From positions 704,001 through 768,000 of the forward strand of contig OY969811.1 of NCBI GenBank assembly GCA_963703315.1: a stretch of DNA of 64,000 bases, read 5' to 3'. The position numbers and the translations under genes are program-made. This DNA comes from an uncultured cyanobacterium (GTDB lineage: Bacteria > Cyanobacteriota > Cyanobacteriia > Pseudanabaenales > Pseudanabaenaceae). Below are positions 27,499-37,948 of the stretch, in pieces; position 1 is the first letter of the stretch; the number at the start of each line of letters is the position of its first letter. Under the pieces are notes generated by a model. It was not told where the DNA came from. It did no database searches and was given only the letters and a program-made list of their open reading frames with translations.

Positions 27499-28826
27499 TT
27501 CCTACAAGCCGTACCTATTTACTTTTGCTGTTGGGTGGGGCGATCGCCACAATGGCGGCAGCGATCGCAGGAACAGATACGCGATCGCAAGTATCTATCG
27601 CAATCTTAATCCTGTGGAATCTAACGCTTTTAATCCTAGTTTGGCTGGATGCCAGACGAATCAAGCCTGTGACTGTCCTGCGTCAGCCTCTGTCCCGTTT
27701 ATCGATTGGACGCGATAACCCTGTGACGGTTACAGTTGCGGGTAGAAGTGGCGATCGGGTACAGATTCGGGATGGATTTCCTGCTGATTTCCAAGTCAGT
27801 CATAGTCAACTTGAGGTAGTTCTAGAGAATATTGCTAGTCAAGATCTGATCTATACAGTCAAGCCCTTTGCGCGTGGAGAATACCATTGGCAAGATTTAC
27901 AGATCCGTCAAATTGGACAGTGGGGGCTAGCATGGCGATTTTGGAAGGTTGCCGCGAAAGAAACGATCGCTGTTTATCCAGATTTGCTGCTATTGCGATC
28001 GCTCTCTATTAAGTTAGCATTGCAATCTACAGGCACAATGGAATCACGCCGCCGTTTGGGAATCGGCACTGAGTTTTCGGAACTTAGGGAATATAATGCG
28101 GGTGATGATTTGCGGCTAGTGGATTGGAAAGCAACGGCAAGACGTAGCCGCCCGATGGTGCGGGTTCTTGAACCTGAACATGAGCAAACTCTGATTATTC
28201 TGCTGGATCGAGGACGGTTAATGACGGCAAAGATTCAAGGGATGACGCGCTTTGATTTTGGGATGAATGCTGCCCTTGGTTTAGCTTTGGCAGGAATTAG
28301 TCGGGGCGATCGCGTGGGGATTGGTGTATTTGACCGCAAGATGCATACTTGGATTCCCCCAGAACGGGGTCAGCACCAAATGGCAAAATTTATTGAACGC
28401 CTCACCCCAATTCAACCTGAGTTACTGGAACCCGATTATGTCAATGCGGTGACTACGGTTGTCCAGCAGCAAATTCGTCGCGCCCTTGTGGTCGTAATTA
28501 CGGATATTGTGGATGCAGTGGCTTCAGCAGAGCTATTGCTAGCCTTAGCGAGACTAAGACCACGCTATCTACCTTTTTGTGTGACCTTGCGCGATCCTGA
28601 TGTCGATCGCCTTGCCCATACTGCTACTGCATTGGCTGCAAGTCCCGATAAAGCGATCGCGGCTTCCTATAGTCGGGCTGTGGCTTTAGATTTAATTGCT
28701 CAGCGCGAATTTGCCTTTGCATCGCTCAAGCAAAAGGGGGTATTAGTTTTGGATGCACCTGCAAATCAAGTGGGTGAAGAATTAGTCAATCGCTATCTAA
28801 TGTTGAAATTAAAAAATCAACTTTAA
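27495..28826 (+). CDS. DUF58 (vWA-like) membrane-anchored protein
   Basis: GTEFSELREY..GDD.R.VDWKATAR; ATGA overlap with MoxR gene. Confidence 0.92.
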   Translation: MIPTSRTYLLLLLGGAIATMAAAIAGTDTRSQVSIAILILWNLTLLILVWLDARRIKPVTVLRQPLSRLSIGRDNPVTVTVAGRSGDRVQIRDGFPADFQVSHSQLEVVLENIASQDLIYTVKPFARGEYHWQDLQIRQIGQWGLAWRFWKVAAKETIAVYPDLLLLRSLSIKLALQSTGTMESRRRLGIGTEFSELREYNAGDDLRLVDWKATARRSRPMVRVLEPEHEQTLIILLDRGRLMTAKIQGMTRFDFGMNAALGLALAGISRGDRVGIGVFDRKMHTWIPPERGQHQMAKFIERLTPIQPELLEPDYVNAVTTVVQQQIRRALVVVITDIVDAVASAELLLALARLRPRYLPFCVTLRDPDVDRLAHTATALAASPDKAIAASYSRAVALDLIAQREFAFASLKQKGVLVLDAPANQVGEELVNRYLMLKLKNQL

Positions 28827-28890
28827 ATTCCCTGATTTTTTTAGAACTTATGCAAAAGATGGGAGCGGCACTTCCATCTTTTCAGTTATA

Positions 28891-29041
28891 TAGGACTTAC
28901 GCAAACCAACCAAGAACTAAAGTTCTTGGCTCAAAGCTAAAGTCAGCTAAAGCGGACTAAAAAGCGCCATCCGATCAACCCGTTTCAACGGGTTTAAGCT
29001 TTCAGCCCGTAATTTATTACAGGGCTATTGCGTAAGTCCTA
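28891..29041. mobile_element. MITE family B, 151 bp
   Basis: TIR TAGGACTTACGCA/TGCGTAAGTCCTA; 5-bp direct repeat TTATA on both sides. Confidence 0.85.
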
Positions 29042-29099
29042 TTATAGTTATATGAAGTGTTAGTTCACTGGAGTGAATTGCTATTAGGAGGATTCAGTC

Positions 29100-29675
29100 A
29101 TGATTGTTGCAAATCCTTTGTTTACACTTGCGGAATATCTTGCTTACGATGATGGAACAGATACGCGCTACGAATTAGTTAACGGAGAGTTAGTGGCGAT
29201 GGCACAGCCTACGGGAATTCATGGAGGGATGAGTGAGTTTGTCAATGATTCCTTCCGTTTGGAGATTCAACGTTTACAATTGCCGTTGATCTCTAAGCAG
29301 GATTTGATTGCGGTACAAACAGGGCTAGTGCGTGGCAAAATTACTTGTCGAGTTCCTGATGTAGTGGTGATTACATCGGAGCAATGGCAAGAAATGCGAT
29401 TTCGAGAAGCCGTGTTAACTGATTCTGTGCCTTTATTAGTAGTAGAAATCGTGAGCGATAGTACCCGTAATATCGACTATCGAAAGAAAAGGGCTGAATA
29501 CAATGCGATCGAGATTCCTGAATATTGGATTATCGATTTTAGCGATCGCAAGGTAACGATTTTACTGCTCGAAGATGGGCTATATGAAGAAATAGTTTAT
29601 CGAGGAGATGAGCCTATTAAATCTTTGCTGTTTCCAGAATTACGGTTAACACCAGAGCAGATTTTCAATGTTTGA
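29100..29675 (+). CDS. Uma2 family endonuclease
   Basis: [35 protein letters not shown]. Confidence 0.92.
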   Translation: MIVANPLFTLAEYLAYDDGTDTRYELVNGELVAMAQPTGIHGGMSEFVNDSFRLEIQRLQLPLISKQDLIAVQTGLVRGKITCRVPDVVVITSEQWQEMRFREAVLTDSVPLLVVEIVSDSTRNIDYRKKRAEYNAIEIPEYWIIDFSDRKVTILLLEDGLYEEIVYRGDEPIKSLLFPELRLTPEQIFNV

Positions 29676-29725
29676 AGTTATACCAAAACTAAAAATGGCG
29701 TAGCCATTTTTAGTTTTAAAAACCC

Positions 29726-30715
29726 TTACTGGGTTTGGTTTTTAATGTCGGGCTTTTGATTAACTGGTGGACGGTTTTGGAAATAGGCAAGTAAAGCCCA
29801 TAATAATAGTGTTCCAATTAAGTATTTTAGAGGTGCAGGTACAGCAGGATTTGGAGATAAGAAGCCCTCGATCGCACCTGCGATTAACAACAAAGGAACA
29901 ACTCCAAACATTAATCGAGCAGCTTGATTTCCATAAATTTTAAAAGCATCCACACGGCGATATTCTCCGGGGAAAAGTAATGCTTTGGCAATCAGTAAAC
30001 CTGCCCCTCCTGACAAGAAAATGGCGGGTAACTCTAGCGCCCCATGTGGAAACACGAATGCCCAGAAAGGAAATGCCAAACCATGTTGCTGGACTAAAGC
30101 GCCGATCGCTCCTATTAAAACTCCATTAAAAAATAGAACATAAGCCGTCAATAAACCACCCGTAATTCCTCCTGCCACAGTACGGAAGCAGACGCTCATA
30201 TTGTTAATGGCAATACCACTGGAAGCGAGAGGTTCGGAGCCTAAAATGGAACCCATCCATAGTTCGCCGCGATCGCGTACTAAAGAAATTAAGCGCTCAG
30301 GAACCACTAGTGCTAAAAACGATGGGTCGTGCCAAGCAAACCACCAAGCTATCAATGCCCCAACTACAAAGAGTCCTGTGGCGATCGCGATATAGGCTCT
30401 TGACTGATAGACGACTGTAGGAAATCCCCAGATATAAAAGGCTAGGGCAGCCCGCCATTCTTGTTTACGAGATCCTTGATAGATTTGGCTATAGCTGCGA
30501 GAAGTTAAGGTTTGTAAATGTTGGATAATCGTTTCACCTAGCTGATGAGTCTTCGCTCGCGCCAGATCGGCAGAAACCGAACGATAGAGACTGGCAAGTA
30601 ACGCAATCTCATCAGCTTTTAGGGATTTTAGTCCTTTAGTTTCTAAGCGTTTTAATAGAGCTTCTAGTTTTTGCCACTGAGTCTCACGCCTTGCAATCCA
30701 ACGTTGTACATCCAT
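29726..30715 (-). CDS. SpoIIM (DUF95)-family membrane protein
   Basis: LYR....DLA, FNG..IG, PHGALEL, AGAIEGF. Confidence 0.9.
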   Translation of the reverse strand: MDVQRWIARRETQWQKLEALLKRLETKGLKSLKADEIALLASLYRSVSADLARAKTHQLGETIIQHLQTLTSRSYSQIYQGSRKQEWRAALAFYIWGFPTVVYQSRAYIAIATGLFVVGALIAWWFAWHDPSFLALVVPERLISLVRDRGELWMGSILGSEPLASSGIAINNMSVCFRTVAGGITGGLLTAYVLFFNGVLIGAIGALVQQHGLAFPFWAFVFPHGALELPAIFLSGGAGLLIAKALLFPGEYRRVDAFKIYGNQAARLMFGVVPLLLIAGAIEGFLSPNPAVPAPLKYLIGTLLLWALLAYFQNRPPVNQKPDIKNQTQ

Positions 30716-30777
30716 AGTCTTGAATTAGCTGCAAATCTAGGTTAGCCTAAATCAACTGCGAAATTAGAGGTTTTCCC

Positions 30778-31698
30778 ATGAGTCGCGCTCCCCTTCGCCC
30801 CCTGAGTATCGGTAATGTGGTTAGCACAGGGCTAGTGCTGTACCGTTCTAATTTGAAAACTTACTTTGGTATTGCATTGCGTGCCTATCTTTGGATCATT
30901 TTGCCATTGGTACTGTTAGGTGTAGCGAGTGGAATGTTTCTGATGAGTCGGCAATATCCTTGGGGTTTACTAGCGATCTCCCTAATCTTACTACTGGGAG
31001 GAATCGGTAAATATTTGACGAACTCAGCCCTAATTTCGCGACTTGCTTATCAAGACTTAATCGGCAAACCTGAAACCGAAAGTAAAGCCCGTCAGTATAT
31101 TGATCCTAAGCTTTGGACTTTCTGGTGGGTATCTATTCTAGTGGGGTTTCAACTTTTGCTTATTTATATACTTGCAGCGATCGCAGTAGGTATTGTAGCG
31201 ACAGTTTTAGGATTCATTTTGCGGACTTTACTTGGTCCGATACTTGCAGGATATCTCATTGTCGTCATAGTTGGTTTAGGAGTCTCCATCATTCTGTCAT
31301 GGTACTTTGCTCGTTGGATGATTGCCGAAGTTCCGCTAGCGATCGAAAGTAATTTAACTGCAATGGAAAGCATTAAACGTAGTTGGGAGTTAACTCAAAA
31401 TTCAGCGCTCCGAGTCCAAGGGATTGTGTTAATAGCATTTTTGGTGACGATTCCGATTACGGCTTTAACTAACTATGCGCCACAGTTTCTATTTGCACGG
31501 GCAGTACCAGGATCGGCTCTGTTTTGGATTGGTACGGCGGTTTCCTTTGTTTTCAGTCTATTAGGATCAGTTTTGATACTTCCACTTTGGCAAACAATCA
31601 AAGCCGCAATCTACTATGATTTGCGAACACGCCGTGAAGGATTAGATATCAAATTGCGTCAAGGTAGAGATAGTAGCGATGATAATGATTTTATCTAG
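30778..31698 (+). CDS. Polytopic membrane protein of the MoxR/RDD cluster
   Basis: RPLSIG, SIKRSWELT, YYDLRTRREGLD. Confidence 0.75.
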   Translation: MSRAPLRPLSIGNVVSTGLVLYRSNLKTYFGIALRAYLWIILPLVLLGVASGMFLMSRQYPWGLLAISLILLLGGIGKYLTNSALISRLAYQDLIGKPETESKARQYIDPKLWTFWWVSILVGFQLLLIYILAAIAVGIVATVLGFILRTLLGPILAGYLIVVIVGLGVSIILSWYFARWMIAEVPLAIESNLTAMESIKRSWELTQNSALRVQGIVLIAFLVTIPITALTNYAPQFLFARAVPGSALFWIGTAVSFVFSLLGSVLILPLWQTIKAAIYYDLRTRREGLDIKLRQGRDSSDDNDFI

Positions 31699-31709
31699 AC
31701 AAATAATCC

Positions 31710-32483
31710 ATGAGTCTTTTTAATAAAATTACGCTACAAACTCCCGAAAGTGTCGAACTGGAGTTCACCCTTGCAGGAATTGGCAATCGAACCCAAGCCC
31801 TGTTAGTTGACTATGTTTTACTAGGAGGGGCGATCGCCCTTGTCATATTTACTGGATCAATCTTGTTCACGCAGTTTGACGCTGTGTTAAGAAAGTGGTA
31901 CTTAGCGATCGCCTTATTAGTTACCTTTAGTATTTTTGTCGGTTATTTCATCTTTTTTGAAACCCTGTGGCAAGGACAAACCCCTGGTAAGCGCTATGCC
32001 AAAATTCGGGTGATTCGTGATGATGGCAGACCTGCGGGACTTGTTGAAGCTACTTTGAGAGCCTTGTTACGTCCCATTGACGATGCGCTATCGATTGGGT
32101 TCTTGATGATTTTCTTGCATAAACAGGAAAAAAGATTAGGTGATCTCGTGGCAGGAACCGTAGTCATTCAAGAAGAACGTCCTGCCATTGATCAAAAAAT
32201 GATTCTTTCCGATCGCGCTGAATCTCTTGCTCAACAACTTTTAGAAGCGAGTAATCTCTCTCTATTGCTTCCCGATGACTTTGCCTCGATTCGCGAATTT
32301 TTGCAGCGTCGTCAACACCTAGAACCAGAATCTCGAAAAACGCTCAGCCGTCAACTTGCTCTGCAACTCAAAGCAATTCTAGAATTGGAAACAGTTCCCT
32401 TTAAGGCTGATGCGGAAACTTTTATAGAGGTTGTGTTTGTGGCTTATCAACAGCAACGGAGGCGATCGCATGGGCAGTTTTGA
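31710..32483 (+). CDS. RDD family protein
   Basis: TPESVEL..R..A.LVD, GQTPGKR, RLGDLVAGT. Confidence 0.92.
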   Translation: MSLFNKITLQTPESVELEFTLAGIGNRTQALLVDYVLLGGAIALVIFTGSILFTQFDAVLRKWYLAIALLVTFSIFVGYFIFFETLWQGQTPGKRYAKIRVIRDDGRPAGLVEATLRALLRPIDDALSIGFLMIFLHKQEKRLGDLVAGTVVIQEERPAIDQKMILSDRAESLAQQLLEASNLSLLLPDDFASIREFLQRRQHLEPESRKTLSRQLALQLKAILELETVPFKADAETFIEVVFVAYQQQRRRSHGQF

Positions 32484-33078
32484 TAAAAATGATTTTAACT
32501 GGCAGATCGAACAGTTTCAACGACGGGCGAGTGAGTGGCTAGAACTCAACGTCTTTCCCGTTGCTGAACAAACCATTCGTGATGCTGACTGGACATTTAC
32601 TGATTGGATCGTGAATGGCGCGATCTGGCTAGCATGGGCAATTCTCGGTGGGGCGATCGCTTGGCTAATCTGGCAACTTTACAAGCTCCTATATCCCTAT
32701 CTCGAAACAATTGGTTGGATTAGACCACGTTTGCGAATAGAAGAAAAATTATCTGTCGCTCCTCCTGCAATGGAATGGGAACAGCGATCGCAAGCTTTGG
32801 CGGGACAAGGAGAATATCGTGAAGCCTGTCGCGCCCTCTATATGGCAATGTTGCAACGTCTCCACGAAGCCACCCTCGCACCTCAACAACCCAGCCGCAC
32901 CGATGGTGAGTATCTCCAACTATTGCGACAGATCCCGCGTTGGCAAACCTATCAGGTGCTGCTGAGTACCCACGAGCGGCTATGTTTCAACGATGAAGTT
33001 CTCTCTCTCAATTCCTTTGAGCGCTGCCAACAAGCCTATCAAGAACTCAATCATTACCTCAGTAGCAACCGATCATGA
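32470..33078 (+). CDS. DUF4129 domain protein
   Basis: G.YREACRALY..L..SRTDGEY; ATG at 32470 preferred over the upstream TTG. Confidence 0.8.
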   Translation: MGSFDKNDFNWQIEQFQRRASEWLELNVFPVAEQTIRDADWTFTDWIVNGAIWLAWAILGGAIAWLIWQLYKLLYPYLETIGWIRPRLRIEEKLSVAPPAMEWEQRSQALAGQGEYREACRALYMAMLQRLHEATLAPQQPSRTDGEYLQLLRQIPRWQTYQVLLSTHERLCFNDEVLSLNSFERCQQAYQELNHYLSSNRS

Positions 33079-34142
33079 AATTATCGCGACGGAAAATCTT
33101 AGTAGCAGCGATCGCCTTAGTAGTTACGGTTCTACTTATCTTTGTGAGCGCTCCCAATAACACTTTACATCCTGGTTCTACTTATAGCCGCGCTCCTCAA
33201 GGCTATGGTGCTTGGTATGCCTATATGCTAGATCGCAAAGTTCCAATTCAACGTTGGGAAAAGCCTTTAAAAAATCTGTTGACTAAGGAAAAAGGGACAT
33301 TAGTACGCATCTTTCCCGCAGCATTTAAAGCAACACTCAGTTCTGAAGAACGGAATTGGATTGCCACAGGAAACACCATCATTCAACTTGGGGTTTCCGC
33401 ACCCGCTACGGCTGCTAATTTCAATCAGTCTATCGAAAATCCTGTAGGTATGATCCAGATTGATACCACCAGAAGATTTAAACCCACAGCATCACAGGAG
33501 GCGGTTTTAAGCGATCGCTTTGGCGTGATTATCCGTCAAGAAAAAATTGATAAAGGTCTCCTCCTGCAAGTAAGTACGCCCTATCTTGCCGCTAATGCCT
33601 ATCAAGATGCAAAGGGCAACTATGCTTTGCTAGCGCAACTGGTTCAGGAAAATACACCAATCTGGATAGATGAATATTTGCATGGTTACAAAGATCAGCA
33701 GAGTCGAGAAGCCCTTAAGGAAGGAAATTGGGTGAGCTACCTGATTAAAACACCACTTCTAGCCATAGCTTTACAGGTTACGATTTTACTATGTGTAATT
33801 ATTTGGTCACAAAATCAGCGCTTTGGCATACCACAATCTATTGAGCCGATTAAGACTGATAATAGTCAAGCCTATATCAATTCCCTTGCCAGTGTTTTAG
33901 TACGTGCTGGGGCTAGTGAGTTTGTGGTGCAAGCGATCGGGCAAGCTGAGAAACGTCAGTTACAAAAAAGATTAGGTTTAGGCACAACCTTACTTTCGCA
34001 TCCAGAACTTCTGAGTGCTTGGGTAGAAACTGGGCGATCGCAATCGGAACTCGCGGCGGTTTTAGAACCCCTTGAGCGTAAACAACGTATTAGTGAGAAG
34101 CAGTTATTAGAATGGCTGGCGCAGTGGCAGCACTTAAACTAA
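33075..34142 (+). CDS. DUF4350 domain membrane protein
   Basis: STYS..P.GY.A, DEYLHG, RFG; ATGA overlap. Confidence 0.8.
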   Translation: MKLSRRKILVAAIALVVTVLLIFVSAPNNTLHPGSTYSRAPQGYGAWYAYMLDRKVPIQRWEKPLKNLLTKEKGTLVRIFPAAFKATLSSEERNWIATGNTIIQLGVSAPATAANFNQSIENPVGMIQIDTTRRFKPTASQEAVLSDRFGVIIRQEKIDKGLLLQVSTPYLAANAYQDAKGNYALLAQLVQENTPIWIDEYLHGYKDQQSREALKEGNWVSYLIKTPLLAIALQVTILLCVIIWSQNQRFGIPQSIEPIKTDNSQAYINSLASVLVRAGASEFVVQAIGQAEKRQLQKRLGLGTTLLSHPELLSAWVETGRSQSELAAVLEPLERKQRISEKQLLEWLAQWQHLN

Positions 34143-34168
34143 ACTGCTTCGCAGCGCGTTTAAAAATT

Positions 34169-34215
34169 TTATCAATAGTGGGGACATCGCTTTGCGATAT
34201 CCCCACTATTGATAA
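34169..34215. terminator. Hairpin between convergent genes
   Basis: TTATCAATAGTGGGGA..GCTTTGC..TCCCCACTATTGATAA. Confidence 0.7.
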
Positions 34216-35580
34216 TTAATCTTGGTTTTCTAATCTGGCTTGTAACAATGGCACATAGTTCGTATAAACATGACCTTGCCTAAATTCATCATCATCTAAA
34301 ACTTTCTGATGAAAGGGAATAGTCGTTGGTACGCCTGTGATCGCACATTCTCGCAAAGCCCGCTTCATCCGTAAAATTGCCGCAGGGCGATCGCTTGCCC
34401 AGACAATCAACTTTGCAATTAGTGAGTCGTAATAGGGCGGAATGACATAATCAGTGTAAACATGGGAATCCATGCGTACCCCAGGTCCACCGGGGGGTAA
34501 ATAACCACTAATGCGACCGGGGTTAGGGCGGAAGTTGTGATCAGGATCTTCGGCATTAATGCGACATTCGATCGCATGACCCCGAATTTCAATATCTTTT
34601 TGCTGGAAGCGTAACTTCTCGCCTTGGGCAACGCGCAACTGTTCCGCAATCAAGTCAATGCCTGTGATCATCTCCGTTACAGGATGCTCAACTTGGATAC
34701 GGGTATTCATTTCCATGAAATAAAACTTGCCGTATTTATCCAGCAAAAATTCCACTGTGCCGACACCGACATAATTAATCGCCTTGGCAGCCTTCACCGC
34801 CGCATCCCCCATTTTTTCACGTAATTTCGGATTTACGGCACTGCTAGGTGCTTCTTCCAATAATTTTTGATGACGGCGTTGGATCGAGCAGTCCCGTTCG
34901 CCCAAATGCACTACGTGACCATGCATATCTGCCAAAATCTGAATTTCGATATGGCGTGGATCTTCGATGACCTTCTCGATATAGACACCACCATTACCAA
35001 AGGCAGCCTCGGCTTCCCCTTGGGCAGCCCGTAATAAACGTAACAAATCATCGGGGTTATTAACTAGACGCATTCCTCGACCACCACCACCTGCGGTCGC
35101 CTTGATCATCACAGGAAAGCCAATATCATGGGCAATTTTGATCGCTTGCTCCTCTGATTCGATTAAGCCTTCACTGCCGGGGATAGTCGGTACACCTGCC
35201 TTTTGCATTGTCTTCTTGGCAGTAGACTTGTCTCCCATAGAGCGGATTGAGTTGGGACTAGGACCGACGAACATCAAATTATGATCGGCGCAGATTTCCG
35301 CAAATCGAGCATTTTCTGATAAAAATCCATATCCAGGGTGAATCGCGGTGGCGTTATGGGTAATCGCCGCCGAAATAATATTAGGAATATTGAGATAACT
35401 TTTACTGCTAGGTGAATCGCCAATGCAGACGGCTTCATGGGCTAGCTGTACGTGTAATGAGTTGCGATCGATGTCCGAATAAACAGCAACAGTCGGAATT
35501 CCTAGTTCTTCGCAAGTCCGAATAATTCGGAGGGCAATTTCACCTCGATTGGCAATTAGTAGTTTGGCGATTGGAGCCAT
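34216..35580 (-). CDS. accC: Acetyl-CoA carboxylase biotin carboxylase subunit
   Basis: [34 protein letters not shown]. Confidence 0.97.
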   Translation of the reverse strand: MAPIAKLLIANRGEIALRIIRTCEELGIPTVAVYSDIDRNSLHVQLAHEAVCIGDSPSSKSYLNIPNIISAAITHNATAIHPGYGFLSENARFAEICADHNLMFVGPSPNSIRSMGDKSTAKKTMQKAGVPTIPGSEGLIESEEQAIKIAHDIGFPVMIKATAGGGGRGMRLVNNPDDLLRLLRAAQGEAEAAFGNGGVYIEKVIEDPRHIEIQILADMHGHVVHLGERDCSIQRRHQKLLEEAPSSAVNPKLREKMGDAAVKAAKAINYVGVGTVEFLLDKYGKFYFMEMNTRIQVEHPVTEMITGIDLIAEQLRVAQGEKLRFQQKDIEIRGHAIECRINAEDPDHNFRPNPGRISGYLPPGGPGVRMDSHVYTDYVIPPYYDSLIAKLIVWASDRPAAILRMKRALRECAITGVPTTIPFHQKVLDDDEFRQGHVYTNYVPLLQARLENQD

Positions 35581-35925
35581 GTTTCAGAACAGTTTGTTGG
35601 TAATTGGTAGTTTGTAATCGCTTGATATGAGTTGGGATACGTCAGATCACGATTTTAGGTTTTCTGATTTGGCTTTGAGTCAGCAGCGTGAATCATGAAT
35701 TAGATGAATTATTTTTTTGTGCAGACAACAAATCAGAGCTTTTGAATTTTAACTTTTTTTGTGCGGCTTCGTATCATGCAACCAAATACTATGCAAAATA
35801 CTATTCAAATTTTTGGCTCTCTCAGACTTGATTAAATGGTGAATCAAATCCGAAAGAGCCGTTTTGTTTGATGAGCTTGATGATTAAATACTTGCATTTA
35901 GATCCAAAGTGCCTCATATTTCAAC

Positions 35926-36195
35926 TTACAGCCTTAAAGTGGTCATATCTCTGGAGCGAGAATGAAGGCTTTGGGCTTGGGGCAGAGGTGTAAAGCGACT
36001 GGCAACTGGCTTCATTGATCTTCTTGGTTCTGCGGGCAACCCTGGGGCATAAGCTTCTAATACATGACCACTGCGAGTACACATTACTAATAGATAGTCA
36101 CATTCTTCGCATTGAGTTTTGACTTGACCAAGATAGGAGAGGTGATGGCGCTCGGCGATTTCACCACAATTAGGGCAACGAATAGATTCAATCAT
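35926..36195 (-). CDS. Small zinc-ribbon protein conserved in cyanobacteria
   Basis: CPNCG..CEECDYL..C..G.VLEAYAPG. Confidence 0.7.
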   Translation of the reverse strand: MIESIRCPNCGEIAERHHLSYLGQVKTQCEECDYLLVMCTRSGHVLEAYAPGLPAEPRRSMKPVASRFTPLPQAQSLHSRSRDMTTLRL

Positions 36196-36817
36196 TTTGG
36201 GATCTCCCTAATATTAATATATATAAATAAATTTAAATTCTCTTGCAAATTTCGTAAAACTAATTTCTTGAAGGTAATTTAATGAACTGAGAAACAGTAC
36301 ATCATCTTGTTCAATTATTTAATGTTTGTGATGATTTGACTACAAGAGTAAGGTTGAAATTCTTAAAGGTTGAAAATCTGACAGTTTTCTCAAAAGTATT
36401 TCTAAAGAAGTAGCTGTAAAGATTTGAATATATTTTTAATTTGGTTTTAGATAATTATGGATGAGATAAACTTTTAAAAATCAAGATTTAAGTATGAGTC
36501 GATTATATGCATAAAAAATGGAGATCATTACCAGATAGGCGATCCCCGTCTTAGAATTGACAACAAATAATCACTAGAACTTGCTTGGCTGTAAGGAGTT
36601 GATTGATGATTAAAAAATAGTTAAAGATAAATATGTATTCAAAAATCCTTATAAATATTTACAAGATTCTTATGATCAACCAAATATGAATATTATTTAA
36701 TAATACTAAGAAATGTGAATATTGCTTCACGATATACATACAGCATTTTACGAATTTATCACCTATAAAAAAGCTAAGAGAGAGTGACAGTGCGAAGTAC
36801 CGCCACTCTCTTGCGAT

Positions 36818-37729
36818 CTAGAGGACGCTAGCAAGTAAAGCTTTTTGAGCATGGAGACGATTTTCGGCTTCATCCCAAATACGTGATTGCCTGCCTTCCA
36901 TCACTTCATCAGTAATCTCTTCACCACGATGAGCAGGTAAACAATGTAAAGCGATCGCTTCTTTATCGGCTAAAGACATTAACTCTGCGTTTAACTGATA
37001 GGGCTGAAAAATGGGAATGCGATCTTCTGCTTCTGATTCTTGCCCCATACTTGCCCAGACATCGGTATATAAAACGTGAGCCGCCCTAGAAGCCAGTTTG
37101 GGATCTTCCGTGACAATCACTTCTGAATTTATAGCTAGGGCTTTTGCCTGAGCGACAACTTGAGGGTCGGGAGTAAAGTTTTTCGGTGAAGCAATGCGGA
37201 CATTCATCCCCACTAGAGCGCAACCAATCATCAGGGAATGCGCCATGTTATTACCATCACCAAGATAGGTCAGGGTAAGTCCTTTTAAAGTGCCAAAATT
37301 TTCTAATACGGTCAGTAAATCGGCGAGAACTTGGCAAGGATGTTCTAAATCACTAAGAGCATTGATGATTGGCATCTTAGAAAATTTGGCAAAGGTCTCC
37401 AACTCCGCTTGCTCAAAGGTACGAATGGCAAGCACATCTAAGTAACGATCAAGGACTCTGGCAGTATCTTCTATGGGTTCACCACGACTTACTTGGGTTA
37501 CATTCGGGTCAAGATCGATGACGTGTCCCCCTAATTGATGCATAGCAACAGTAAAACTGACTCTTGTTCTTGTGGATGCTTTGCGAAATAGTAGCCCAAG
37601 GGTTTTGCGCTGAAAGTCAAACTGTACTTCCCCTGCCTTGAGTTGTTTCGCAAGTGTCAGCAATTCCTGAATCTCGCTTGGTTGTAAGTCTGCCAAACTA
37701 AGAAGATCGCGTCCCTGAAGGTTTCCCAT
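36818..37729 (-). CDS. argF: Ornithine carbamoyltransferase
   Basis: STRTR, HPCQ, SMG, HCLP. Confidence 0.97.
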   Translation of the reverse strand: MGNLQGRDLLSLADLQPSEIQELLTLAKQLKAGEVQFDFQRKTLGLLFRKASTRTRVSFTVAMHQLGGHVIDLDPNVTQVSRGEPIEDTARVLDRYLDVLAIRTFEQAELETFAKFSKMPIINALSDLEHPCQVLADLLTVLENFGTLKGLTLTYLGDGNNMAHSLMIGCALVGMNVRIASPKNFTPDPQVVAQAKALAINSEVIVTEDPKLASRAAHVLYTDVWASMGQESEAEDRIPIFQPYQLNAELMSLADKEAIALHCLPAHRGEEITDEVMEGRQSRIWDEAENRLHAQKALLASVL

Positions 37730-37844
37730 AGTTGTTAGTTAGAAAAAAACTTGTAATGACTGTATCATCAACATGAACGGCTTGACACGCTGCGAATTTG
37801 TCTCATGACAAACCTAAACTAATGCAGATATTTTTACAGTTGCC

Positions 37845-37899
37845 AAAAACCGAGAAGAGAATTGCGGCGCTTCGCGCCGCAATTCTCTTCTCGGTTTTT
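37845..37899. repeat. REP-like perfect palindrome (GCGAAGC loop on minus strand)
   Basis: 26-bp arms around TTC. Confidence 0.85.
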
Positions 37900-37948
37900 A
37901 GTCAGCGCAAAGCGCTGTATAGCAATCGTCGCTAATATTTTATGAAGT

